This document shows positions 63,723 to 64,000 of a stretch of DNA of 64,000 nt, piece after piece. Numbering within the stretch: the stretch's first letter is position 1; each line of letters begins with the position of its first letter. The notes below the pieces were generated by a model that saw nothing but the letters and a program-made list of their open reading frames with translations, did no database searches and was not told the DNA's origin. This DNA comes from Candidatus Kerfeldbacteria bacterium (GTDB lineage Bacteria > Patescibacteriota > Patescibacteriia > UBA9570): NCBI GenBank assembly GCA_016182495.1, contig JACPGK010000008.1, forward strand, positions 2,870 to 66,869, in the 5' to 3' direction. The position numbers and the translations under genes are program-made.

Positions 63723-63950
63723 TTAATCAAGGTAGCCTAAATTCTTCAAGCGTTCACGAATTTTATCTTCGTCGGCTTGAGAATAGGTATGATCTTGTTT
63801 CGTTTGAGCAGAACTGGTCTGCTGTTTTTTTTCAACGACTTGTTGCAAAATATAACTAACGTAGCTGGCCACATCGGAAAATTCTTTGCTCTGCTGCACA
63901 ATTTTTTCTAACTGCGCATATACTTCATCGGGGAGTTGCACTTGAGCCAT
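63723..63950 (-). CDS. Small ribbon-helix-helix (CopG-like) protein with C-terminal RLxxLGYLD tail
   Basis: VQLPDEVY..L...F..V..YV.YIL RHH-like pattern, polar linker, DEDKIRERLKNLGYLD tail; 3 bp upstream of sat. Confidence 0.8.
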   Translation of the reverse strand: MAQVQLPDEVYAQLEKIVQQSKEFSDVASYVSYILQQVVEKKQQTSSAQTKQDHTYSQADEDKIRERLKNLGYLD

Positions 63951-64000
63951 ATACTATTCAAATTAATTCATTAAACATTACCGCGCGATACTGCTTAATC

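Overview
Gene-dense chromosomal segment, standard genetic code, most likely from a Patescibacteria (CPR) bacterium. This is inferred from a DUF5663-like protein, a shortened ATP synthase delta subunit, a GAGC-type lipoprotein, minimal intergenic DNA and pervasive start/stop overlaps. The left two thirds hold housekeeping genes (gyrB, pheST, a complete atp operon, rmuC, tatD, metG, glyQS, msrB, rpmA, pyrG, rplI, ctpA, murA), a CarS (CDP-archaeol synthase) homolog, surface proteins, an orphan MNT antitoxin, and a ~2200-aa protein with an intact PP2C phosphatase domain. The right third (38-64 kb) is a surface-glycan locus: dTDP-rhamnose genes, GT2/GT4 and GT-C glycosyltransferases, two flippases, three tandem AlkP-superfamily paralogs, and a PAPS-supply operon (small RHH protein with an RLxxLGYLD tail, sat, DHH phosphoesterase, cysC, GT-C/CDP-alcohol phosphotransferase fusion). 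No canonical sulfotransferase or PAPS reductase is present in the window. The best candidate for an undescribed system is this module, in which AlkP-fold enzymes, possibly with the LGY-tail protein, may sulfate a lipid-linked glycan. Many first-in-operon genes look leaderless. No rRNA, tRNA, CRISPR array, transposase or integrase was recognised. Family calls come from motif recognition by eye, not from database searches.
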